Source: Geosiphon pyriformis uo1
Lineage: Eukaryota > Fungi > Glomeromycota
Length of the DNA: 64,000 nucleotides
Assembly (NCBI GenBank): GCA_016748015.1
Contig: JAAOMT010000303.1
Location: 434,001 to 498,000, forward strand
Direction: 5' to 3'
Of this stretch, positions 12,379 to 26,004 are shown piece by piece. Within the stretch, counting starts at the first letter, position 1; every line of letters starts with the position of its first letter. A program made the position numbers and the translations under genes. The notes beneath the pieces were generated by a model that saw only the letters and a list, made by a program, of their open reading frames with translations, made no database searches and was not told the DNA's origin.

Positions 12379-14090
12379 TATATATATATATTTTTTTAAT
12401 TTGTATTATTAAAATTAATTTAAAAAGTATTTGCTTATTTTTATAATTTATTGAATAAAAAAACAATTAAAAAGCACAATAATATTTATTTATTAATTTT
12501 AAAAATTTTTAATTAAAACATAAAATAATAGTAGTAATATTATTTTGTTAATAATTATAAATTATTTTTGAATTTTTAAAAAAAATTAAGTAATTGTAAT
12601 TTTAAGACTAATTACACATATTAAATTAAATAAAAATTAAAAAATAAGTTTCATACAAATAAAATAATTTAAATTATTATTATTAATAACAAAACTTATT
12701 TATTTAAAGTTTTTATTTAATATTAAAATTAAGGAGTTTTACAAAAAAATTATTTATTTATATTTTTTACTTACAAAAATCAAAAAAAATTGCTTTAGCA
12801 GTTTTTATATAAATTTATTATTATATTATTAAAAAATTAATAAAAAAAAACTAATATAAAAACTTTAAACATAATAAATAGCTTAAAAACAGATTTTAAT
12901 AAACCAAAAATAAATTTTAATATTTGTAAAAATATATTTTTTTAAAATATTAGTTTTAATAATAATTAAATAACCAAAAAAATAAAACATTTAATATATT
13001 TAAATAATTATATTGTTAATTTTATAATTATTTTAAATTTTTTTATAATAAATAATATTATTATTTGGGTTTTAATATGATTAAATTAAATATTAATGTT
13101 ATTATAATTATTTAATCATGTAAAAAAAGAGTTTTTAAAATAGTTTTATTAATATAAAAAAATTAATATACTTTTAAAAAATATTATATAAAAAATTATT
13201 AATAATTGTAAAATAATTAAGTTGTCAAAATTTTTAAATAAATTTTAAAGTATTATTGTTTTTAAATTTATTTAAATATTTGTTTAAAAATAAAAAAATT
13301 CTTAATTTTTGAAAAAAAACATAAGTTTTTATTATTTTTAAGTTTTATAAATAAAAAAATAGTTTAACTAATATTTGTTCTATAATTTTGATTAAAATAG
13401 TTTGTAAAATTTTATTAAAAATTCTTTTAGACAAAATTTTTGTGGCTTGTAAGCTTTTAATATGCTATATAATAACAACTTTTCTATTTTAAAAAATATA
13501 TTTATTCAAACTTTTATTTTTGTTGTTGGCTTAATAATAAAAAATGGTTTATAAAAATAGAGAATTATAACTGGTTTTGCAAAATATAAAAAAAGCATAT
13601 AATTTAGTAAATTAAAAATATTTAAAAAACAGTCTTAAAAATTTAAAATAAACTTTTATGTTTAAAATTTTGGATTTTTATTTATTACTAGTCTTTTTAT
13701 TAATTTTGTTTTATTAACTTTACCAAAAACATTAATTTAGATTTAATTATAAATAGTAATATTTTTTTAATTTACACAACAACAATAATAAATTTATATT
13801 TGATTATACTGCTTAATATAATTATTTTTAATTAATTATTGTTTATTATAAAAACAAAACAAGCTATGTTTTAATATCTATTCTTATTTAATTAACAAAC
13901 AACATTATTTATTTTATAAAATTTATGAATATTTTTTTTAATATTGCTCTATTTTTTTATACTACTTTTAATAATTGGTATTACTAATAAAAATTTGAAT
14001 TAAAATTAACATGAAATTGTCTTTTTAATTTTTATTATTAATTAAGCAAATAAAGAATACAAAAAAAAGTTAATCTATAAAAAGTCAAGC
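12379..14090. repeat. Extremely AT-rich eroded repeat DNA; 12390-12625 is an LTR-A-variant remnant
   Basis: AATTAAAAAGCACAATAATAT...TATTTTGTTAA matches 39574-39660. The remainder is almost G/C-free and cannot be assigned. Confidence 0.5.
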
Positions 14091-15208
14091 ATAAAAAAAA
14101 AGTTAATTCAAAATTCGGTAAAAGCTACAAATCTTTGACATGACTATTAAATACTTTGATATCAAATACTTTGACATAAGTTATTTCTTTTAAGTGATTA
14201 CTTTTTGCAGCCAAACACCATTTGATTAGATAATAATAATAAATACAATTATATTTTGTGACTGTGATTATAAATCAATTGTGCTTATAAAGAGGGCAAT
14301 ATTATAATAAAAAAAGGTAACTATACCGAAGTGTAATTGAATGTTTATTATTGATTGGTTCAAACGTTCAAATGACTTGATTTATAAAACTTTTCATTGC
14401 TGACCATGAATATATAAATCTTTTACAAAATACATTCTTGTTTTTTATAATTAAAGAATTTATTATGACCTGTATTCCTATAGAAAGAATATATACCCTT
14501 CTTGAAGGATGTTCTACCTGAAAATTTATTTCTCGCGGTGTAGCACGATCTACATAAAAAATTAAAAATGAAACACAGATCTGACTTTTTCTAACGTAAT
14601 GAATGAAAATTCGTTCGCCTTATTTTTACTCAAGAATGTCCGACAGCAGAAATTCAAACATTGATGTTAATGTTTGCACTGTTCTAGAGCACTCGGGTAA
14701 TGCTTCAGAGATTTTGTGATGCTACCATTCTAATTGATAAGGAATTTAAATGAGAAGACAAGTTTTCATGTAAAATTATACCTGTAGAGTAGCTCTTAAA
14801 TTACGTTCAACGGAGATATTCAGTGTGTATTAGAAAACCTATTGATTTATTTGATTCATGATTCGTTAGACGACCTCCCAACTTCAATTCGTTGAATTTG
14901 ACAAGGCCTCCACAAACTTGAAATCCTTGCAATTTTGAAATTTGAATTTCTCATGTACTGTTGACGAATCTTGATAAAATACGTAAAACTCGTTTATTAG
15001 AACTCGCAGCTCTATAAAACTGAAATTTGAAAAAGGAAATTTGAGAAGGCTCCCTCGTTAAAGTTTACCCACTCACGGTAACTACTCGATTAATTAAATG
15101 GATTTTCAGATTAGAAGAGAAGGAAACTTGTTTCCATATTAAAAAGTTCGTAAAAAATTTTTGTATCAATTATAGCTATTTTCTAGCGCCTTAAATCTGA
15201 GACTCGTA

Positions 15209-17140
15209 TTAAAGCTTAGCCCCATAGAGTTGGGCAACTTTCAGCGATTGTCTAATACCCAGGTCAAGCATAATTTCTTCAGAACCCCCCGGAATAGCAT
15301 AGGCACGTACTTCACGGTATAAACGTTCCACCTTTTCACCTTGTCTGTGAAAACAAGTACATTTATTGTTAATTTAATCAATATTTGAGGGTTTGTTGAT
15401 AACTGAACATAATTATATGATTACATACCCGCCACGAGTGTATGCCAAACCACCAAATATTTGTGCGGCTTCTCGCGCGCAGTATTCAAAGGTCTGAGTC
15501 GATTGAGCTTTTAAAAGAGCGATCGGCCCACCCAGCCTAGTTGCGGCTTCCATGCCACTGATTTTGTTTGTTTGATAAATTAAAGTCTCCATCCATGAAT
15601 GTGTGGCTTCAATTTGACGACTCATATGTGCTAATTTGTTGCGAATGACGGGGTGGTTAATGAGTTTGGTGTTGAAGGTCTTGCGCTTATTAGCATATTT
15701 AACAGCTTCTTCAAAACAGACACGAGCGAAACGGTTAGCTTGAATTGCGATTCCCATTCGTTCGTGGTTGAAGTTGTGCATGATACACTAAATACGTATA
15801 GAATATCTTATATTAGCATAGATTTTAAGAGCTAAGTGAACAGGTTTTTTTCTTCATTCACCTTGAATCCACCATTTTCTTTACCAATAAGGTTGGTAAC
15901 TGGAACTTTAACATCCTCAAAGGTGATGTAGGCGGTACCAGAGGCCCATACACCAGAGCACAACATTTGTCTCGTCTTAACTCCAGGCATGTCTCGGGCG
16001 ATTAGGAGCAAAGAGATCCCACCCATGCCAGGACCACCAGTACGAACAGCAACTGTGAAATAATCGGCATAAACCCCGTTTGTAATCCATTTCTTTTCCC
16101 CATTCACGATATAATGTTGCCCGTCTTTAGTTAATTTGGCTTCTGTTTTGATCCCAGCAACATCAGAACCAGCAGAAGGTTCGGTAATTGCGAGGCATAT
16201 GAATTTTTCGCCGGTAAGACAATCAGGGGCGATTCGTTGTTTCAAATCTTGTGAAGCAAATTTTAATATTGGTGGAAGACCAATACCCAAACCTTTGAAA
16301 AAATATGATGAGATATTAAATCTAAATTCGGTCTTAGAGAACGAATAAAATCTATTTTTGGGATTGTAGAATGTCTTTACCTCCGGTCAAGCCCCAAACT
16401 ATACCACCTGCACCACATCGAGCTAATTCATCAGTAATAATAAATTCATGAAACCCATCAAATTCATCAGGATCAACTCCACCAGCAGGTATGATATTGG
16501 TAAACCTGCCCAAGTTTGTTAGTTCGTAATTTTTCAAAGGTTAGAATTTGTAATCTTCTAGCTTGTTGTATAATTTCTTATTATGCAATAATTAAAGAAT
16601 GAACTAATAGGTGTCATTATTTGCTTACTCTTTTGGCCAAGGAGCACCACATACACCAGCAAGAATGCCAGCTTTACCAGCTTTGGTAAAGAGCTCTTTC
16701 GGAATTTTCTTAGCTTCATCCCACTCAAAAGCATAAGGCATGATTTCAGTTTCTACAAACCTACGAACAACTGCTCGCGTTCGTATATGTGAAGCCTTAT
16801 AATAGGGACTGTCAAAGTCTTGATACCAATATGGGTCACCAAATGGAACAAGGTCACCGAATGGACCCTCTTCTGAACTTGCAACTTCATCTTGTTGAGC
16901 CGCACTGCCGATTTCACCAATAAGCAATTTTGGTGCATACTTATCGAGAATTGACAAGTTATGGAAGTTGTCAAACTGCTTAGTTGCATCCGTACCGGCT
17001 ACCTTTACCAAGACTTTCTTACCCCCTGGATGCTCATCAAGAAAGTTTGTGACGTCGAAGACTTTATCATGGACAATAATCCAGATCGAGTCTTCCTTGT
17101 TATGCTGTTGAACTTCTTCGACGGTGAAGGATTTGGTCAT
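15209..17140 (-). CDS. Cytochrome b5-domain acyl-CoA dehydrogenase, 520 aa, C-terminal AKL (PTS1). Exons 17140-16629, 16505-16381, 16292-15862, 15787-15429, 15344-15209
   Basis: Four GT-AG introns join to 1563 nt in frame. b5 heme motif FLDEHPGG and FDNFH. ACAD motifs AITEPSAGSD, NGEKKWITNG, FNHER, QIFGG, GGSEEIM. Ends YGAKL-TAA. Confidence 0.95.
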
Positions 17141-17164
17141 TTTGGCAGGTTAATTCTAGAGAAG

Positions 17165-17400
17165 CATAAATTCTATGGGTATATATATATATAAATCAAT
17201 TAAAAGAACATTTTGTCTTTGTAATTTGTATTCAGATTTTCCGACCTTATCAACGATTTGCATGATCATTTATCTCGTGATGGGTTTTGCCTGAGTCAGC
17301 AAATATCCAATTTTTCCTATTTGAGAACTTCCTTTAAGCATAGGTTTTAATTAATACTGTTAAGTCCGATCTCTCGTGATTTTCATAATTTCAGCTTATA
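17165..17400 (-). promoter_or_regulatory. Putative promoter of the acyl-CoA dehydrogenase gene: (TA)n TATA-like tract, two TCTCGTGAT copies, one TGAGTCA
   Basis: (TA)n at ~17180-17195; TCTCGTGAT at 17273 and 17372; TGAGTCA at 17292. Function is inferred from position only. Confidence 0.35.
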
Positions 17401-17599
17401 CATTTAAATTCAAGAAGTAAGAAGATGACGAAGACAATGCAAGATGTCAAACAGATGAAACCTGAGTTTATATTTTAGCCATTTTTGGCTAGATGGCGTT
17501 CTTAATGTTTGTCATTCGGAATGATATATCTGGTTTAATTTATAATCTAAATTAAACCGTATTTCACATGATGTCCAGATTTGGGTAAAGTAAACATTT

Positions 17600-19180
17600 A
17601 AATTATTAACAAATTTATTATTTACAACATTCTTTTTTTAATTTTTTACACTGTTATTAAATAAAAATTATTTACAATTATAACTAAAACTTAATTAGTT
17701 AAATTCTTTTTATTATTTATACAAATTTTAATATTGAATCTAATTGGGTTTTTTTATTTAAATTAAACAATTTTAAAGAATATAATTAATATTATTTTAA
17801 AAAATCAAATTAAAAACTGTTATCAAAAATTATTTTTAAAAATTAATTATAAATTAATTGTAATAAATAATTTTAAATAAACTTGTTTATTTTAATTTAT
17901 TTTTTATAATGCTTTATTAAAAGTAGTTTAATTATTATTTATATAACAAATAAAAAAAAACTTACTAAATATTTTTATTTAATTAATAATTTTTATTATT
18001 ATTATTAATTTATTTAATTAATTTTATTTTATTAATAAATAAAATATTATTGCAATTATTACATATATATTATGTATTTATTTAATTTTTTTAATTGTAA
18101 TTATTTATAAACATAAAAATAAGTTTTGTTTTTTTTGGATTTTTTTAATTATTAAATATAAGATAAAGTATTTTTTTCAATTATATATTATTAAAGCATA
18201 TAAAAATAATTTTATTTTATTGTATTTGTTAAAAAACAATTAATTATCAATTTTTTTGTTAATTAAATTTTTTAAAATTTAAAATATTGTTTTTTAATTT
18301 CTAAAATTTTTATATAAAATTTTTTTTTATTAAATATATTTTATTTTTTGCAAATTTATAATTGAAAAATAAAAAATACTCTTTTTTTTATTAAATTTAT
18401 GATCACAACCAAAGCAAAAAATAAAAAAAACTGTATATTTTTTATATTTTTTATTATTTAAAATAATTAATAATATTTTTATTACTAAAATAACTATAAA
18501 AACTATTTAATAATACTTGATAAAAATTTTTTTTTAAAATAATAATTAATCAGTTTTCTTTTGAATTAAAAAAACTTTTTTTATTTTTGGTTAAAAGTTT
18601 TTTTTAAAGTTTTATTAAAGAAATTTATTTGAAATAATCTAGATATAATTTTTATTTTCTTTAAAAATCTTAAAATATTTAATAAAAAACCAATAATTAA
18701 GTTATTTTTTTCTTTTATTTTTTTTTACTGCTGTTTAAATGGCCAAAAAAATTAACAACTTTTTTAAAATTCCAAAAAGTTTTTTTTTAATATTTTTAAT
18801 ATTTTTAATAATTTTAAAGTCTGCTTTTTTTTTGTTTTTTTTGGCTTTTTTGTTAGGTTTGTATTATTAATATTAATTATAATATTTAATTTTATTATAA
18901 ATTTAAATAAAAAATTTTTTTTTTAAATATTAATAATAAAATAAAAATAAAATCAACTTATTTTTTTGTTTTTTAATATTATTTTAAGTACTATTTAAAA
19001 AACAATTATTATTATCAAAAATTTACAAGATAAATAATATTATTGAAGATTTTTTATTTATTTTTTAATATTATTAATACTGTTTTATTGTTAATTTTAT
19101 TGTTATTAAAAGTTGGTAAATCTTTAATAAGCTAATATTTTTTCTAAAGTATTTTTTTATATTATATATTATATATTTTT
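17600..19180. repeat. Extremely AT-rich eroded DNA, probably ancient TE
   Basis: Abrupt loss of G/C and CpG after ~17595, and no ORFs. Confidence 0.45.
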
Positions 19181-19189
19181 ATTTTTTAT

Positions 19190-19397
19190 AAATACAGTCT
19201 AATTGCTATCTAATACATAGAACTAGATTAAATAGTTTAAATTAAATATAATTTACACTTTTACTACATGTAACCAGCCACTTAAATCAGACAAAACAAT
19301 ACTACATACTTATATAAATAGATATATTACTATTTAAACAAAAAAAAAAGACATAGTCTGTATCTATTAAAACTTTCTGAAAAAAATTCAATAATAT
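19190..19397 (-). mobile_element. 3' end of an eroded LINE related to family 1 (continues at 35768-36526, 37331-37656, 38603-38694)
   Basis: CTACATGTAACCAGCCACT..CTTATATAAATAG matches the reverse complement of the LINE1 ORF2 end and 3' UTR (12222-12280). Confidence 0.65.
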
Positions 19398-20131
19398 TGT
19401 TATGAGTTGGAGTAACAAGCTAACAGATAGCAAGAAAGAACAGGATTATAGAATAATAAAAGAAATTAAAGGGAATTTAACTTTAAAAAGCAAATTGAAT
19501 AAGTATAAATTCAATATATAAGATTAATTTTATAAAATATTTCAGTTGCTATACTTTTCAAAAGATAACCAGAGAATCTAAAGGTAGAAAAATAGTCTGT
19601 ACTGTCAACAAATAATTATACACTGGTATAATTCTATGTCTCATGTTGGTGTTCTTAGAATTCAATATTAAGTATCAGATGTACTCTTTAGTCACGTTTT
19701 ATTTAATAATCTTCAAATGCTGCAATTATATATTTCAGAAAAAAAATAAGGAATAACCAACAAGTAATTTTTTATTCCAAGATGTTCAAATACTTGAAAA
19801 TAGGGAAAGAAAAATTAGCAATAAGAAAATAATTAAGATGAAAGTTGTTATTTTTATTTATTTTTTTTCTTTTGATTCTTACATGCTTTTCTATAGCTAA
19901 GAGATTCATTGCTTATATAACTATCAAAAGTGGTTAATAATCAGGTAAATGATTAGATTAATGATCAGATCAATGATCAGGTCAATGATCAGGTCAATAA
20001 TCAAATCAATAATCAGATTAATAATCAGATTAATAATCAGATCAATAGTTAGATTATTAATTAAGTTAATGATTACTATCTAAAAATAGAGTGGCTAATT
20101 ATATAATATTAGTGGCTAATACATGTGATAA

Positions 20132-20788
20132 TTAATAAGAAGTATAAGTTTTAACTATAATATTATTTTTTCCAAAGAGATTGAACTCCAGTAAAATTAA
20201 GCTATTCATAATGTAATCTATTTAAAAAGTTTTATTTAACTTAAAACTAACTAGTTTGTTGAAATCTTTTGTGGATAGGATATATAATACTTGAGACAAA
20301 ATGAGTTTTATATTCAAGAAACCAAATCTTTGTATTAAGGTTTTGGTTTTTTTAACAATAGTTAAAATTCTTGGAACATTTAACTGTATAATGTCCAAAA
20401 TTTCTGCCTGTATTTCTGAAGTTGTTTTCTTTATAAGTTTTATATTCTCTATAATTTTTTTAAGACAACCATAAAGTTCTAATTATCTTCTATATGACAA
20501 GTTTTTGTCTATGAATAAGGTTTCTTGAAGTGTTTTTCCAATTGTGCTGGAAGGTAGAAGTATAACTGTTATTATACTTTTCAACAGATATTTATCCATT
20601 TTGCTACCAATTTTTTCTCTTCTGGTAGTGGTTTTCTTAGGTCTAATAACAGTATGTATTCCATTATTATCAGTTATAGTGGTCTGTTTTTCAATGGTTA
20701 GAGTAGCATTTGGATAGTTTTTGATCTAATACTCATGAAAAAAATAGAAGGTGTTTTGAATGTTTTGATTTAGAAAATAATTATTCAT
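20132..20788 (-). pseudogene. Family A ORF3 (218 aa, unknown function), copy A1
   Basis: ATG at 20788 and TAA at 20132-34 inside the LTR; 657 nt, as in the other copies. Confidence 0.8.
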
Positions 20789-23700
20789 GTCAATTAAAGA
20801 TACCTCTGTTTTGAAAATGATGCATTTATTTATACTTGATTTTTGCTAATCATTTGGGTCAATATTACTACAACAGAAAACCAATCAGGTTGTTTATAAT
20901 ATTTCTTGAGTCATATACCATAAACAGAACAATTATTAAAGATTGTTTTGGATTAATCTTAAAGAATATAAAAACTATTGTTCAAAACTTTGTTGATTAT
21001 AAAGAGTCCTTTTCACTGGCTAGAAAATTTATTATTATAAACATTGTTTTTGTCTGAATAGTATTCCAATACCAAGTTACTAACACTTAAGGAAAGTGTT
21101 TTATAGGTTTTCTTTTTTTTATCTTTTCAAAAACAATTATTTGTGCTTCTACCAAGAAGTCAAGAATAATACTAAGTCTTCTTTGCAAAATGTTTTTATA
21201 ATTTTCTATTGTGATTTTTTCAAAAGATATTATTTCAATGTTAATTTCTATTGGTAGTATTGCTATGCATTCATAAAGCAGATAAAAAGGTTTATAACTT
21301 ATTATGTCATAATTTACAGTTCTATAAGCAAACAAAGCTAAAGGCAGTACTTTGTCTCATAAGTTTGTTTCTTTACTGGTTTTAGCTAAGGTTTTACATA
21401 GTATTTTATTGAAATATTCTATTAAGTCATTTGTTTAGAAGTAGTAAGAAAAAAAAAGTTTATGATGTATTCTCATTTTTCTACAAAGTTTTTCAACCAG
21501 TGTACTGAGAAAAGCTCTTCCTCTATTAAATAAAAGTTCTTTAGAACAGCCATAATAGCAGATAATATCTTTATATATAAAGTTGGCTATTGAGACTGTT
21601 GTTTGATCTGAAGTGGCTCTTGCTTTTACTTACTTTATAAAATAGTCAGTAGCTGTAATAATGTATCTATTGCCATCAAAAGTTATTGTTAAGGGTCTAA
21701 CAACATCTATACCAATTCTGTCAAATAGTTGATCAACAGAGATTAGATAGATATCTTCCTTGTGATTAGATTTTCTTTTTCTTTGATAAGTATTACAGAT
21801 TTTAATGTACTCATTAATGTTTTTTCCCAAGATAGGCCAATAATAGCAAGCTAAGATTTTCTGAATTGTTTTTGTTTTTCCAAAGTGTTTAACTAATGGG
21901 TTAGTGTGCATGTTGTATATTACAATTTCTCTTTTTTCAAATTTGATGACTCTTTGAGGACAGTCAGGATCTTTTCTATTTCTTTTATATAACTGGTTGG
22001 CAAATTAAATAAAAATTTGATTGTTTATGCAAATGTTTTTTTTGCTGTTGAGTGTATTCTAGTAAGTATTGGTCTTTACCCAAAAATTCTATTAAGACAA
22101 AGTAGTTGTTTAAGTTCATTATCATGTTTGTTTGTAAAAAATTTACTAATAATTAGGTTGGTTTGGTTGAGAAATTATACTATCACTGGATGATAAGTCT
22201 AGAGAAAACATTGGCATTTTGATAATTTGCTCCTTTGCAGTATTAAATATTATAGTCAAATTTATCCAAGTAGAGTATTTAGTAAGTTATTCATTTGTGT
22301 TTTAGCTTCTTTTTATTGTGCAACCAAACCAAGGCTTGATGATCTGTTATCACTAGAAATTTCACATCAAAAAGATATTGATCCCAGTAACTAGTAGTTC
22401 AAACTACTGCCAAATATTCTTGTTCAGTAATTGAATAGTTCTTTTTTGCTGGTGTGTAAAATTTACTGGCATATGCTATAGCATGTTCTTTACCATTTTC
22501 TCTACCATTTTTATTTTTCTGTAAAAAGACAGTACCAAGTTCATAGCCAGATGCATCAGTATGAAAGATAAAAAGTTGGTTCAGATTAAGTTGCTTAAAG
22601 ATTGGTTCAGTAACAAGTTTTTCTTTCAGAATTTCAAAAGCTTTTTGTTGATAAGTGCTCCAGTAATAATTGACATTTTTTCTGAGTAGCTGATTGAGAG
22701 GAAAGACAATTTTGAAGAAATCCTTGATAAATTTGTGATAGTAAAAAGCCAAACCAAGAAAAGAGTGTAGTTTAAAAATATTCATTAATTGTCTAATGTT
22801 TTGAACTTTTTTAACTTTAGCTGGGTCAGAAAAGATTCTATCTTTTGTAATAAAATGACCAAAGAACTAAGTGGATGGGCATTCAAAGAAAGATTTGATT
22901 GGGTTGATCTTAAGACCAGTATTTTTGAGCAGGTTAAAAACCTTCTGCAAATGTTCAAGATATTTATCCCAAATTTTTAAGTATATCATTATGTTGTCTA
23001 AATAGACCAGAACAAAGTTTTTCTTTACTGATTCAAATACTTTGACTATTAGACATTGAAAGGTAAAAGAGATATTATAAGACCAAAAAACATGATTGTG
23101 AATTCATAGGTGCCATACTTGGTAATGAAAGCAGTTTTTTTTTTGCTTTCTGGATCCATTTCTATTTGTCAGAATTCAGCAGTTAAGTCAATAATTGAGA
23201 AGAAAGCAGCACTATTGAATTTATCTAGCATTGCATCAATTTTGGGAAGTGAGTACATGTCTCTTATAGTGATGATATTTAATTGGTGGTAGTGTTACAG
23301 GTTGGAGTAACAAGCTAACAAATAGCAAGAGAGAACAGGATTGTAGGATAATGGAAATAATTGAAGGGAATTCAAATTCAAAAAGCGAATTGAATAAGTA
23401 TGGATTCAATATGTAAAATCAGTCTCATAAAATATCTTAATCATTATGTTTTTCAAAAAGTAATTAGGGAATCTGAAGGTAGAAGGATAGTCCATACTGT
23501 TAACAAATGATCACACTTGGTATAATTCTATGCCTCATGTCGGCACTCTTAAAATTCAATATCAAGTATCAAATGTGCTCTTCAGTCACATTTTATTCAA
23601 TAATCTTCAAATACTGCAATTACATGTTTCAGAAAAAGGGTAGGAAATAACATACAAGTAATCTTTTATTTTTAAGATGTTCAGATACTTGAAAGTAGGG

Positions 23701-23928
23701 AAAGAGAAATTAGTAATAAGAGAAAGATTGAGATAAATTTGTTATTTTATTTCTTTATTTCTTTTAATTTTTACATATTTTTCTACAGCTAAAAGATTTA
23801 TTGCTTATATAGCTATTAAAAGTGGTCAATGATCAAGTCAACAGTCAGGTCAATAATCAGATCAATAATTACTTTCTAAAAATAGAGTGGCTAATTTATA
23901 TAACATCAGTGGTTAATACATGTAATAA

Positions 23929-24585
23929 TTAATAAAAAGTATAAGTTTCAACTGTAACATTATCCTCTTTAAAGAGATTAAGCTCTGGTGAAATCAAACT
24001 ATTCATGGAGTAATCTATTTAAAGGGTTTCATCTAACTCAAAGCTAACTAGTTTGTTGAAGTCTTTTGTGGATAAGGTATATAATACTTAAAGCAAAATG
24101 AGTTTTGTATTCAAGAGACCAAATCTTTGTATTAGAGTTTTGGCTCTTCTAGCAATAGTTAAAACTTTTGAGATATCTAACCATATAATGTCCAAAATTT
24201 CTGCCTGTATCTCTGAAGTTGTTTTTTTTATGAGTTTCATATTTTCTATGATTTCACCAAGATGACTATAGAGTTCTAATTGCCTTCCATATAACAAGTT
24301 TTTGTCTATGGGTAAGATTTCTTGAAGTGTTTTTTCAATTGTGTTGAAAGATAGAAGTATAGCTGCTGTTATACTTTCCAACAAATATTTATTCATTTTA
24401 TTACCAATTTTTTTTCTTCTGGTAGTGGTTTTCTTTGGTCTAATAACAGTATGTGTTCTACTGTTATCAATTATGGTGGTTTGTTTTCCAATAGTCAAAG
24501 TAGCATTTGGATAGTTTTTGATCCAATACTTATGAAGAGTATAGAAGGTGTTTTAAATGTTTTGATCCAGAAAATAATTGTTTAT
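23929..24585 (-). pseudogene. Family A ORF3, copy A2
   Basis: 657 nt, start ATG>ATA, contains ORF 24088-24498. Confidence 0.8.
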
Positions 24586-24626
24586 GTCAATTGAAGACAT
24601 CTCTGTTTTGGGAATGGTGCATTTAT

Positions 24627-25940
24627 TTATACTTGATTTTTGCTGATCATTTGAGTTGGTATTACCATAACAGGCAGCCAATCAGATTGTTTATAATATT
24701 TCTTGAGTCATGTACCATAAACAGAATGATCATTGAAGATTGTTCCGGATTGATCTTGAAGAATATAAAAACCATTGTTTAAAACTTTGTTGACTATAAA
24801 AGGTTCTTTTCACTGGCTAGAGAATTTATTACCATAAACATTGTCTTTGTCTGAACAATATTCCAATACCAAGTCACCAACACTTAAAAAAAGTGTTTTA
24901 TAGGTTTTCTTTTTCTTAAGCTTTTTTTGGAACTGTTTTATCTTTTTAAAAACAATTATTTGTGCTTCTATTAAGGAGTCAAAAATGCTACCAAGTCTTC
25001 TTTACAAAATGTTTTTGTAATTTCTTATTGTAATTTCTTTAAAGGGTATTGTTTCAATATCAGTTTCTATTGGTAGTATTGCTATGCATCCATAGAGCAG
25101 ATAAAAAGGTTTATAACTTGTTATGTTATGATTCACAATTCCATAAGCAAACAAAGCTGAAGGCAGTACTTTGTTCCATAAATTTGTTTCTTTACTGGTT
25201 TTGGCTAGGGTTTCACATAATGTTCTATTGAAACATTCTACTAGGCTATTTGTTTAAAGGTAATAAGAAGAAGAAAGTTTATAATGTATTTCTATTTTTC
25301 TGCAGAGTTCTTCAACCAGTGTACTAAGAAAAGCTCTTCTTCTATTAGATAAAAGTTCTTTGGGGCAGCCATGATGGCAAATAATATCTTCATAAATGAA
25401 GTTAGCTATTGAGACTGCTGTTTGGTCTGGGGTGGCTCTTGCTTCTATCTACTTTATAAGATAGTCAGTAGCTGTGATAATATATCTGTTGCCATCAGGA
25501 GTGATTGTTAAAGATCTAACAACATCTATACTAATCCTGTCAAAGGGTTGACCAACAGAGATTGGATGAATATTTTCTTTGCAATTGGATTTGCTTCTTT
25601 TTTGGCAGATATTACAGGTTTTAATGTATTCAGTAATGTCTTTTCCCAAGATAAGCCAATAATAATGAACTAAAGTTTTTTGAATTGTTTTTGCTTTTTC
25701 AAAGTGTCTAGCTAAGGGCTCAGTATGCATGTTGTATATTACAATTTCACTTTTTTCAAATCTGATGACTCTTTGGGAGCAGTCAGAATTTTTTCTGTTT
25801 CTTTTGTATAATTGGTTCTGGCAGATCAAATAGAAATTTGATTGTTTGAGCAAATGTTCTCTTTGCTGTTGAGTGTATTCTGGTGGGTATTGTCCTTTAC
25901 CCAAAAATTCCATTAAGGCAGAGTAGTTGTCCAAGTCCAT
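24627..25940 (-). pseudogene. Integrase ORF of A2 (own ATG; Zn-binding HHCC, DDE core, GPF/Y-type tail, no chromodomain seen)
   Basis: MDLDNY...HTEPLARH...CNICQK...FDRISIDVV...ATDYL. Confidence 0.85.
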
Positions 25941-26004
25941 TATTGTGTTTGTTTGTGAAAGAATTACTAATAATTAAGTTGGTTTGGTTTGAGAGATTGT
26001 ACTG

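Noticed and set aside
12379-14090. Organellar or Mollicutes-like endobacterial insertion suggested by extreme AT content
   Set aside because: No genes, tRNAs or rRNAs, and part of it aligns with an LTR in this window.
15413-17140. Separate cytochrome b5 and dehydrogenase genes, as the ORF track implies
   Set aside because: The b5 domain and the ACAD N-terminus share exon 1, and canonical introns join all pieces in frame.
20836-21057. Recurrent antisense ORFs (MIFADHLSWYYHNRQPIRLF..., MPYLVMK..., MAFLS...)
   Set aside because: They are reverse-strand shadows of integrase, RT and protease, and recur only because the element is repeated.
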